DNA from: Methanobacteriota archaeon
GTDB lineage: Archaea; Thermoplasmatota; Poseidoniia; Poseidoniales; Poseidoniaceae
Length of the DNA stretch: 36,108 bases
Reading direction: 5' to 3'
NCBI GenBank assembly: GCA_018650165.1
Contig: JABIGM010000019.1
Coordinates: forward strand, 1-36,108
Each line of letters starts with the position of its first letter. Position 1 is the stretch's first letter. Positions 27,391-35,646 of the stretch are shown one piece after another. The notes under the pieces are model-generated. The model was not told the origin of the DNA. It saw only the letters and a program-made list of their open reading frames with translations, and ran no database searches. The position numbers and the translations under genes are program-made.

Positions 27391-29075
27391 GTCAATCAGA
27401 CCAGTTTAGCGGTAGAATGGGTTTAATTTTCGCCTCAATTGGTGCTGCAATCGGTACTGGAAACATTTGGCGATTTCCGCGAATGGTAGGTGCTAATGAA
27501 GGAGGAACATTCCTCATTCCCTGGCTCATTTTCTTGTTTGCTTGGTCTATTCCTCTAGTAATTGCAGAGTTCGCTTTAGGAAAGCGTTCACGTACTGGTA
27601 CAATTGGAACATTCAGAATTTTCGCTGGTAAGCACTTTGCTTGGATGGGTCTTTGGACAGCTTGGATTTCGACAGCCATTGGTTTCTACTATGCAGTTGT
27701 AGCAGGATGGTGTTTGAAATATTTCCAACTTGGAGTTTCCAACGGCCTAGTCGGTGAAAATGTCGACACACAATTGGTATGGAATGAATTCTTACAATCA
27801 CCAGGTTCAGTAATTTTCTTCCAATTTTTAGTTATTGCAATTACTCTACTAGCAATTTGGAAAGGTGCAAAAGCAATTGAAAAGGTCAATGTAATTCTGA
27901 TGATTTCATTATTCGTACTACTGTTCATGTCCTTAGGATTATCATTGTGGATGGATATGGCAGACGGCTCTCTTGATGGATTCCTGTTCATGTTCACAGT
28001 GAAATGGAGTTCTTTGAGCGAGCCCTCTATTTGGATAAATGGATTATCGCAATCAGCATGGTCTTGTTCTGCTGGAATGGGTATGGCAATTACTTACTCG
28101 GTTTACATGCGCAAAGACGAGGACACTACACTCAATGCATTCACAATGGGATTAGCTAACAATTCAATTTCAATTATCGCAGGCCTAACCGTGCTTTCTG
28201 CAATCTTCGCAGTATCTGATAACCCTCTTGACACAGTAACCAATGGATCTTCAGCAATTACTTTCCTTGCTTTACCTGAAGTTTTCGCACAAGCACCTGG
28301 CGGTGGTATTGGAGCTTGGGTGATGATGAGTGGTTTCTTCTTAGCACTCTCATTCGCTGCGCTCACATCAATGATTTCTACAGTCGAATTATGTGTTCGA
28401 AATTTCGTTGACCATGGATATGAGCGTGAAAAGTCGGTTTTACTGACTTCAATAGCGATTCTGATTTTTGGCATTCCATCTGCAATGTTATGGATTACAA
28501 TTGCACCAGATGGTACTGCCTTCCCACAATTCCTTGAAGTTCAAGACCACATTTGGGGATATGGATTGATGTTTAGCGGTCTGTTTATCGCATTTACAAT
28601 CTGGAAGTATGGCTACAAAAAATGGCGTGCACATGTTGAGTCTGGAGAAGCAGCACCGGGACTATCTGGATACCTTGGTGTTGGTGTTTCAGCATTCCGT
28701 GATGATTTCATCAACACTGGTGATAACGATATCTGGATCGGCAGATGGTGGGACCTTCTGATGTATCTTGCATTCCCATTCTTGTTCACGATTCTAATCG
28801 TGTCGTATTTCGGAGATATGATCACAAATACTCCAAATGTTTGGCATCCAACAAATCCACATGGAATTACAATCATCCTTCTATTCTGGGGAGTTGTCGC
28901 AGGTGGTTTTATTTTACTCAACAAGAAATTGATACAACGCCCACTATTCAGGAATATCCCAGAAGGTGCAGATGTCGATATTTCGATGCTTCCTGGAGGC
29001 GATGATGACCTTGTTTGCGAAGTTGGAGAATATCCTGCAGGATGGGAACATCTTGCTGAAAAAACTGAAGCATGA
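27387..29075 (+). CDS. Sodium-dependent transporter, NSS/SNF (LeuT-like) family
   Basis: GAAIGTGNIWRFP, GGTFLIPW, FYYAVVAGW, FLALPEVF, AALTSMIS; ATGA overlap with the peptidase. Confidence 0.95.
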   Translation: MSQSDQFSGRMGLIFASIGAAIGTGNIWRFPRMVGANEGGTFLIPWLIFLFAWSIPLVIAEFALGKRSRTGTIGTFRIFAGKHFAWMGLWTAWISTAIGFYYAVVAGWCLKYFQLGVSNGLVGENVDTQLVWNEFLQSPGSVIFFQFLVIAITLLAIWKGAKAIEKVNVILMISLFVLLFMSLGLSLWMDMADGSLDGFLFMFTVKWSSLSEPSIWINGLSQSAWSCSAGMGMAITYSVYMRKDEDTTLNAFTMGLANNSISIIAGLTVLSAIFAVSDNPLDTVTNGSSAITFLALPEVFAQAPGGGIGAWVMMSGFFLALSFAALTSMISTVELCVRNFVDHGYEREKSVLLTSIAILIFGIPSAMLWITIAPDGTAFPQFLEVQDHIWGYGLMFSGLFIAFTIWKYGYKKWRAHVESGEAAPGLSGYLGVGVSAFRDDFINTGDNDIWIGRWWDLLMYLAFPFLFTILIVSYFGDMITNTPNVWHPTNPHGITIILLFWGVVAGGFILLNKKLIQRPLFRNIPEGADVDISMLPGGDDDLVCEVGEYPAGWEHLAEKTEA

Positions 29076-29085
29076 GGTGTGATAC

Positions 29086-29709
29086 TTGGAGTTGAGCCTT
29101 TTCCAATGGATTGGGTTAGGGCTTGGAATTGCCATTATTCTGATACCTATTGTTAGATGGTTTTGGAAACGTTTTGACATGCCTAGTAAACGGGCTGTAG
29201 AAATCATGCAACGTCAAGAAAAAGAGCAACATGAAGCCGAAATGTGGGCCGGAATCGAAGCACAAGTTGAGGCGGAGACCTCCGCAAAACGTGAATCTGA
29301 GATGAAGCAACGCGAGAAGCAAGAGCGTGGTGGAAAGACATTAGATGAGGTTGAATCAGTAGATGTTTGGAACAAACTTGGCATAGACGTACCAATTAAA
29401 CCGGTTGATAGAGAAATAGCGCCCCCTGTTACTCTTGAAAAAACACCTAGTGATGAAGAAACTGATGATGAGTCACTGGCGGAACCAGGGGACGAAGCCG
29501 AACAGGCTGAAGCACCTGATGAGCCGGACTGGGAATTAATTGACAAAATGGCAAATTTAAGTGAGCCAATGGAAGGGGTTCCAGATGCCCCCGATCTTCA
29601 AGAATTAGTTATCGAAGAACCACCTAAATCTGTCGAAATAGAGCCTCAAGTTCTCATGCAAAAAGAAGAATTCGTCAATGATGAACCGGATTGGCCAGTT
29701 AAGTGGTGA
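29086..29709 (+). CDS. Hypothetical protein: N-terminal TM, coiled coil, acidic low-complexity tail
   Basis: GAGGTG SD followed by TTG start; 207-aa ORF. Confidence 0.75.
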   Translation: MELSLFQWIGLGLGIAIILIPIVRWFWKRFDMPSKRAVEIMQRQEKEQHEAEMWAGIEAQVEAETSAKRESEMKQREKQERGGKTLDEVESVDVWNKLGIDVPIKPVDREIAPPVTLEKTPSDEETDDESLAEPGDEAEQAEAPDEPDWELIDKMANLSEPMEGVPDAPDLQELVIEEPPKSVEIEPQVLMQKEEFVNDEPDWPVKW

Positions 29710-29771
29710 TACTGGCTTCTTAGGCCTAAGGGCATCCGTTCATCTGAAATGGTGGATGCGCCCCCGTAGTT

Positions 29772-31094
29772 GTGATGGTACAGAGGCCACGCGGAACACG
29801 GGACTTTCTCCCGGATGTCATGAACAGGCGCCTCGCCTTTGAGAATCTTCTCGAAAACAGGGCACTGTCTCATGGTTTCAAGCGTGTTCAAACTCCAATC
29901 TTTGAGACGCTAGACCTCTTTACAGCAAAGTCCGGTCCTGGTGTTGTAAAGCAACTATATGCATTTCAAGATAAGTCGGATAGAGCATTGACTCTTCGTC
30001 CTGAATTGACAGCACCAGTAATGCGAATGGTTAGTGAAGAAATGCGCAGTTCTCCAAAGCCCCTTAGATTGTCTTACTTTGGGCAATGCTTCAGATATGA
30101 AGAATCCAAGAAAGGGCGTTATCGTGAGTTCTTCCAATATGGTGCAGAATTAATCGGTGCAAGCGGACCTCTAGCTGAAGCGGAGGTTGTCGCTCTTGCT
30201 ATCGACATGCTCGACGCTTGTGGTTTGCTGGAATATGAAGTTCGCATTGGCCATGTAGGTGTTTTACGCGATATACTAACTGGATTGGGACTTTCAGAAC
30301 AGGGTGAGCCTGAAGCTCCAGTCGCTAGTGCAATGCGCTTACTTGACAAAGGAGATTGGGACGGCCTAACTGAATTGTTTGCAGCAAATAATGTAGATTC
30401 ATCTGCAACCGGTAACCTGCGAAGATTATCTGAATTAGACGGAGGTATCGAGACCCTTGAATCCGCTAGGTCAATTCTTTCCACAATGGGAATATCTCAT
30501 GATTCACTTGATGAATTAGCAGCATTACTTACTGCATTAGAATCGTTAGCCCCAACTCCACCTTCACTCAAAGTGAATCTTTGTGTTGCGCGTGGATTGG
30601 ATTACTACACAGGTATGGTTTTCGAAGTTAATGTTGCAGAACTTGGCGGTGAAGGCCAAGTTCTTGGAGGCGGTTCTTACAAACTCCTACATTTGTTTGG
30701 ATTAGAAGACCTCGACCCTTCATGTGGATTTGGTCTAGGTTTCGACAGAGTCCTTCTTGCACTTGAAGCACAGGCTGAAAGAGCAGGTAGAAGTGAAGTT
30801 GTACCTGGCGAAACCCCTGCTCCACGCACATTGATGCTACCGTTCAAAGTCGATTCAACCGCTGTACTTGGAATTGTAAAGAGTCTGAGAGACGAAGGTC
30901 ACCATGTAGAGTTAGACCTGCGTGGTAAGAATATTGGTAAGTCCCTTGATTGGGCTTCAAAGAATGGCTTCACCAACGTAGTGATTGTAGGCCCTCAAGA
31001 TATTGAGAGTGGACAATGTAGTGTGAAGAATCTCGTTTCTGGCGACCAAAATGTGGTTAACCTAGATTCAGGATCTATCTCTGCTGTCCTCTGA
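29772..31094 (+). CDS. hisS: Histidine--tRNA ligase
   Basis: RPRGTRDF, LRPELTAP, FRYEE...GRYREFFQ, ARGLDYYTG, GFGLGFDR, C-terminal anticodon-binding domain. Confidence 0.97.
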   Translation: MMVQRPRGTRDFLPDVMNRRLAFENLLENRALSHGFKRVQTPIFETLDLFTAKSGPGVVKQLYAFQDKSDRALTLRPELTAPVMRMVSEEMRSSPKPLRLSYFGQCFRYEESKKGRYREFFQYGAELIGASGPLAEAEVVALAIDMLDACGLLEYEVRIGHVGVLRDILTGLGLSEQGEPEAPVASAMRLLDKGDWDGLTELFAANNVDSSATGNLRRLSELDGGIETLESARSILSTMGISHDSLDELAALLTALESLAPTPPSLKVNLCVARGLDYYTGMVFEVNVAELGGEGQVLGGGSYKLLHLFGLEDLDPSCGFGLGFDRVLLALEAQAERAGRSEVVPGETPAPRTLMLPFKVDSTAVLGIVKSLRDEGHHVELDLRGKNIGKSLDWASKNGFTNVVIVGPQDIESGQCSVKNLVSGDQNVVNLDSGSISAVL

Positions 31095-31913
31095 TTCTTT
31101 CTTGCTTGGTAAGTAAACAGCAGCCAGTGTCATTGTTGCAAGCGCTGACATGAATAGGAATCCCGGTTGCTCTTCTGCCACAGGTATGCCGTCTTCTCCA
31201 GCCTGGAAGGCTTCATCCCAAGACACAGGGTCGATTGGCAATTCAACACGGGTATCTCCTTCTGCTGAAAGTTTCATCGTGAAGTTAGCAATTTCTCCAC
31301 TGACGGTAATCGGTGAAGTCTGCTGACGGTCTCCCTTTACCTTCATCTCGATTTGTATAGATGGGTTTGCAGTCGATGCATCCCATAGAGTCTGGCCTTC
31401 AGTAATTCTATGTGTTACTGTAATCGGATTCCATCCTATTGATACCTGAGGGACATGCTGGCGGAAAATAGTGGTTGCTCCAGCCCATAATGTAATATTC
31501 AATTCTTCACAATCGTTTGTGCATGGACCATCATTATCATTATTTGTCCAGTCTCCATCGAGGTAAATATTCAGAACGATTCTAACTTCGCCATCGAGAG
31601 TCATGTTGAGCCTCTTGCTCATTTGAGGGTTCATAGAGAATCGCTGGTCGATATTTATTACACCCTGTGGCCTCTCTTGAGAATACATATTGTCTCCAGC
31701 ATTATCGGTTTCATTTGCATTGAAATGCGACCAGAAAGTAGACTGTCCATTAGACCATAGATAGAGCACGGTTTGATTTTCACAAGGCTGTTCAGGGTCT
31801 TCCATACATGGGTCGACAATCTCTTCATCCTCCATGGTTGTAGTTGTACCTCCAACTACAGGTACACTGAGCAGAATTGCCAACAAAATTGCCAATGCAC
31901 TACGGCCTCGCAT
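31068..31913 (-). CDS. Secreted surface protein with a PGF-CTERM-like sorting signal
   Basis: Signal peptide; C-terminus EEQPGFLFMSALATMTLAAVYL followed by SKK. Confidence 0.75.
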   Translation of the reverse strand: MRGRSALAILLAILLSVPVVGGTTTTMEDEEIVDPCMEDPEQPCENQTVLYLWSNGQSTFWSHFNANETDNAGDNMYSQERPQGVINIDQRFSMNPQMSKRLNMTLDGEVRIVLNIYLDGDWTNNDNDGPCTNDCEELNITLWAGATTIFRQHVPQVSIGWNPITVTHRITEGQTLWDASTANPSIQIEMKVKGDRQQTSPITVSGEIANFTMKLSAEGDTRVELPIDPVSWDEAFQAGEDGIPVAEEQPGFLFMSALATMTLAAVYLPSKKESEDSRDRS

Positions 31914-31962
31914 GGTGTATCCTTAACACCGCTATGATTTGGAACTTGCGAATCATTGCGAT

Positions 31963-33123
31963 TCAGTCAAACCGTTGAAATCCAACAGAACTACTGTTTT
32001 GAGATTTGGCCCGAGTGAGTTTGAGCATGTCTCCAAGTTGGTCAGGTTCCATGCGTGCTTTGTTCATTTCAATTCCACCTACTCCGGTAATAATTGCCAT
32101 GACTTTGATTGTATCGCCAAATCCAGGGTCCTGTCTTGCACCCCAAATTACATTGGCTTCATCACTGACATTTGCAGTCATCAAATCAACGACCTGTGAT
32201 GCGTTTTCTAGAGTCATAAATTTACCTCCAGTTACATGAATTAAAACACCGGTCGCTCCAGATACATCCACATCTAATAGTGGATGATTGAGAGCTTCGT
32301 GCACTACCTCTTCAGGTCCGCGGTCACTTTCTCCATACAGCATCATTGTGACTCCACCGTTTGCCATAATAGCGCGAACATCTGCGAAGTCGAGGTTGAT
32401 TAGAGAAGGTAATGTGATTGTTTCAACGATACCCTTCACAATTTCTGCGACCAATTGATCCATTATTGAAAATGCTTCATCCAAAGGTAGGTTTGGTACG
32501 AAATGAAGTAATCGGTTATTGTCTAGAACTAGAACTGCATCAGCAACCTGTCTCAAACTCTCAAGACCTTCCAAAGCGCGCTTCATTCTCTGTCGACGTT
32601 CTACATGGAATGGAGTTGTTACAATTCCAACAACCAATGCGCCGGCAGCTTTTGCTTCTTCAGCCACAATAGGACAAATTCCAGTACCGGAACCTCCGCC
32701 TAATCCACTAGCGATGAATACTAAATCTGCTCCTGTAACAATCCTTCGAATCATTTCCCGGCCTGCTTCTGCACAGCGCCTTCCAGTACTAGGGTCGCCT
32801 CCAGCTCCAAGCCCTCGAGTAATATGTCTACCAACTAACAATTTTTGAAGAGCGCGGGTGTGATCTAAATGCTGTTTGTCGGTATTGATTGCAACAGTAA
32901 TTGCACCTTCTACACCAAGATGAGTAATACGATTGAGTGTGTTGTTTCCTGAACCCCCGCAACCAACGATTAGAATACGCGGATTTGGAACACCGAATGA
33001 GCCCATGTCATCATCCAGCAACGCAGTAGAGCCCTTTCCAATTGCCTCTTGGGCAAGTGAAGCCACCATGTCATTCAACGATTGGTCTGCTGGTCTAGTT
33101 GTGCGTGTTGCATCGGGCCCCAT
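31963..33123 (-). CDS. ftsZ: Cell division protein FtsZ
   Basis: VGCGGSGNN, AINTDKQHL, TRGLGAGGDP, GLGGGSGTG, INLDFADV; GGAGG SD. Confidence 0.97.
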   Translation of the reverse strand: MGPDATRTTRPADQSLNDMVASLAQEAIGKGSTALLDDDMGSFGVPNPRILIVGCGGSGNNTLNRITHLGVEGAITVAINTDKQHLDHTRALQKLLVGRHITRGLGAGGDPSTGRRCAEAGREMIRRIVTGADLVFIASGLGGGSGTGICPIVAEEAKAAGALVVGIVTTPFHVERRQRMKRALEGLESLRQVADAVLVLDNNRLLHFVPNLPLDEAFSIMDQLVAEIVKGIVETITLPSLINLDFADVRAIMANGGVTMMLYGESDRGPEEVVHEALNHPLLDVDVSGATGVLIHVTGGKFMTLENASQVVDLMTANVSDEANVIWGARQDPGFGDTIKVMAIITGVGGIEMNKARMEPDQLGDMLKLTRAKSQNSSSVGFQRFD

Positions 33124-33177
33124 CCCTTACGCCTCCAAGAAAAACAAGGCTGTTCATTTCACTATTAACGGTGATGC

Positions 33178-33216
33178 TCGCGAGCATGAGTCGCGAGCCT
33201 ATTTCGCGACCCTAAT
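33178..33216. repeat. Three 13-bp tandem units each starting with the palindrome TCGCGA (candidate operator array)
   Basis: TCGCGAGCATGAG / TCGCGAGCCTATT / TCGCGACCCTAAT at 33178, 33191, 33204, between the divergent ftsZ and tRNA-Tyr. Confidence 0.75.
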
Positions 33217-33272
33217 ATCAAGTCCAGTTCAGTCTGAAGAATTGATATACGCGAGGTTGGTCGCACAGACTA

Positions 33273-33373
33273 CCTCGCTTAGCTCAGTTGGTAGAGCACC
33301 TGGCTGTAGTTGGAAAATTCCAAACGTCTCAGCAGACACCAGGGTGTCCCCAGTTCAAGTCTGGGAGCGGGGA
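33273..33373 (+). tRNA. tRNA-Tyr (GTA) with a 28-nt intron (33310-33337) at position 37/38
   Basis: Acceptor CCTCGCT/AGCGGGG (C1-G72), D arm GCTC/GAGC, anticodon stem CCTGG/CCAGG, T arm CCCAG-TTCAAGT-CTGGG; bulge-helix-bulge with CTGT pairing intron GCAG. Confidence 0.93.
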
Positions 33374-33397
33374 CTCTAATTCTAGACGTTAGGTTAG

Positions 33398-33553
33398 TCC
33401 ACGCTAAATCGAGAGGTTGAACGATGTGTGGCCAAACCTCTCTCATGAGAGCGGGGGCCACTTCCGTTGGTATCAGATTCTATCTTGCTCCCCACATAGT
33501 CGAGAGTTTGCTCGCTTTGCTCACAGCCCTCTCTCATGAGATCGGGGACCACT
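33398..33553. ncRNA. Tandem pair of homologous 65-nt stem-pocket-stem hairpins (candidate guide/structured RNA)
   Basis: Units 33398-33462 and 33489-33553 are colinear at offset 91; 24/26 identity in the 3' part; each has a GAGAG/CTCTC upper stem and a C-rich/G-rich lower stem. Confidence 0.45.
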
Positions 33554-33563
33554 AATCTTCGAT

Positions 33564-34247
33564 TTATTCAACGATAGCATCGAAGAATACAGCATTCCAA
33601 GAAACATTCACTTCTTCCCCACTATCTGAAACAGTTGGGAGCACAGAGCCCGGAGGATTATTTACGCTTACTTCGACATCAAGTTCGAACACTCCTTGTC
33701 CATGAGATGAATCCATCCATTCATTCACCCAGAATTGTTTATCGTTTCCGGCTACACTCAGGCTTGTTCCATTGTAATTAGGGAATACGTATAGAACAAG
33801 TGACATAGTTTCACAATCCGAATTCATGGCACTAAGTACATTGTTTTCATGACCCCATACAGCACTCACTCCAGTCGGAGTTAAGTCGACAGATACAGTA
33901 TCGCACCGGTCTTGTAATTCACCTGATGTTTCATCATAACTAATGTCTACGAAAAGTATACCAAAGCCGTTATGAGATTCAAACATCTCGTTTGGAGCAG
34001 AAAACTCTAGAGTCACTCTTTCATCATCATTAACAACTCTCGAATCTTCATAGACAAACGAATTTTCTTCAAAATCAATAGTATAATTTTCTAAATCAAA
34101 TTGAGATTGGATATCATCCTTTAAAACGAACCAGAATACCGATGCATGATAAATTACGACCGCAACTAAAAATGTCAAAAAGATAGTCATACCATTACGA
34201 GGCTCATCTTTAGAAAAAAAGTCTTTGAGAATATTATTTTCAGTCAT
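33564..34247 (-). CDS. Hypothetical membrane-anchored acidic surface protein
   Basis: One N-terminal TM, acidic beta-rich domain, two Cys; start abuts the upstream stop (TAAATG). Confidence 0.8.
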   Translation of the reverse strand: MTENNILKDFFSKDEPRNGMTIFLTFLVAVVIYHASVFWFVLKDDIQSQFDLENYTIDFEENSFVYEDSRVVNDDERVTLEFSAPNEMFESHNGFGILFVDISYDETSGELQDRCDTVSVDLTPTGVSAVWGHENNVLSAMNSDCETMSLVLYVFPNYNGTSLSVAGNDKQFWVNEWMDSSHGQGVFELDVEVSVNNPPGSVLPTVSDSGEEVNVSWNAVFFDAIVE

Positions 34248-35564
34248 TTAAGCACCTCTTTCGATTGCAATATTCACAAGGATATCCATTTGCCAAATAA
34301 TAAATGAAACTAGTAAAGCCACCAAACAATATATCAAGCAAGCCCAATCAATTCTGTGAATATATTTTCTTGGAATATCAATTTCTGGGAACCACTTTTT
34401 ATCGACTCCTTTACGTAAATCTGCAGGATTACTTACCAATGTGTGGAATGATTTTTCTTCCCAACCAATTCCGAAAGCGATTATAATTCCAAGTAGTGCA
34501 GCAGTAATCATTTGATTTATTGGAATAACCGATTGTATCAATTCAAGAATTGCAGATGTAGCTACAACGATCAGTATGATTGACATTATCTTCGCCATAG
34601 GCTTTGTCTTTTCATTGATGTCAAATAATCCAAATTTGAGTAAAATGTACATGGCAATGATTGGTCTGGCAATTGTGAAATGTAAATTTGTAGTGAATAT
34701 TGACCATAATTCAAGAACCTCGCCTTTGCCTTCGCCCAAAACAAATCCAGTATCGGATCCAGTGGAATATATCGAATAACCAATTAATCCTAGAGCAAAA
34801 TAAGGCGCTATAATATACAATAATTTGTTAGGATCACCTTTTATTGCCTGGTAAACCTCAATACTCACAATTGCTAATCCAGCGGCTATTCCAATCGAAT
34901 AACCTGATGTCCACATGAAATCCCATAGAGTCGAAGTAAACGATCCTCCTCCAAGGTCGATAAAGAAGAAGTATTCTGATTGTAGAATTAATCCTGGCCA
35001 CCACATCCAAACATGACCCAGAACCAAAGTTAGGAACAAACCTGCAAGAAGTGCGATATTCCTGGTAGCATCTGTTCTCTTCTCACGAGGTGCCAATCGG
35101 AATTTGATATACACTGTGCCCCACAATAATGAAGAAGAATAGTAAACGAAGCCAGGAATGTGCAAGGCTGTAAAATTTAATCCTACAACGTCTAGTATCA
35201 GTCGGAACACTATGAACCCGGCTATTATGGAGAAGCCAATTTTGACCTGTTTGATATTTCTCAAAAATGGGACAGGGTATAGTAATGCTATTGAACAAAT
35301 GCTGGCAGCAAATATGTAGTCCATAGCAAACGCGATTTCAAGCCAAAATTGCCACACGAGTCCGTCTGTTGAAAGAACCTCCTCGTTGAAATATCCAGTT
35401 GCAGCGTTTTGAATTCCTTTTGTGATGAACATCAGGCACAAAATGTGAGCGGCTATCGCTTCATTCCATGCTAAATTTTCATTGCGTCTTACGAGACGTA
35501 ATGACAATCCACCAAGAGCGATACTTAGAATTGCACCGATAAAGAGTAAATTCGTCTCTTCCAT
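34248..35564 (-). CDS. Hypothetical polytopic membrane protein (about 11-12 TM)
   Basis: Successive hydrophobic segments; ATG 35564 (MEETNLL) preferred over the track start, which overlaps the upstream gene. Confidence 0.78.
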   Translation of the reverse strand: MEETNLLFIGAILSIALGGLSLRLVRRNENLAWNEAIAAHILCLMFITKGIQNAATGYFNEEVLSTDGLVWQFWLEIAFAMDYIFAASICSIALLYPVPFLRNIKQVKIGFSIIAGFIVFRLILDVVGLNFTALHIPGFVYYSSSLLWGTVYIKFRLAPREKRTDATRNIALLAGLFLTLVLGHVWMWWPGLILQSEYFFFIDLGGGSFTSTLWDFMWTSGYSIGIAAGLAIVSIEVYQAIKGDPNKLLYIIAPYFALGLIGYSIYSTGSDTGFVLGEGKGEVLELWSIFTTNLHFTIARPIIAMYILLKFGLFDINEKTKPMAKIMSIILIVVATSAILELIQSVIPINQMITAALLGIIIAFGIGWEEKSFHTLVSNPADLRKGVDKKWFPEIDIPRKYIHRIDWACLIYCLVALLVSFIIWQMDILVNIAIERGA

Positions 35565-35646
35565 AATCTCGGCTAAATCAGTGTCTACAATAACTTTGGC
35601 CCGAATAGAAGTAATTTGGCTATTTTTGATCCAAGTCTGGTAATTA

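Noticed and set aside
32690-32710. FtsZ signature reads GGGSGTG instead of GGGTGTG
   Set aside because: Conservative Thr-to-Ser change with all other GTPase motifs intact; no sign of inactivation.
33437-33553. 26-nt direct repeat as a mini CRISPR array
   Set aside because: Only two copies, the 65-nt intervening sequence is itself partly homologous to the neighbouring unit and base-pairs with the repeat, and there are no cas genes in the window.
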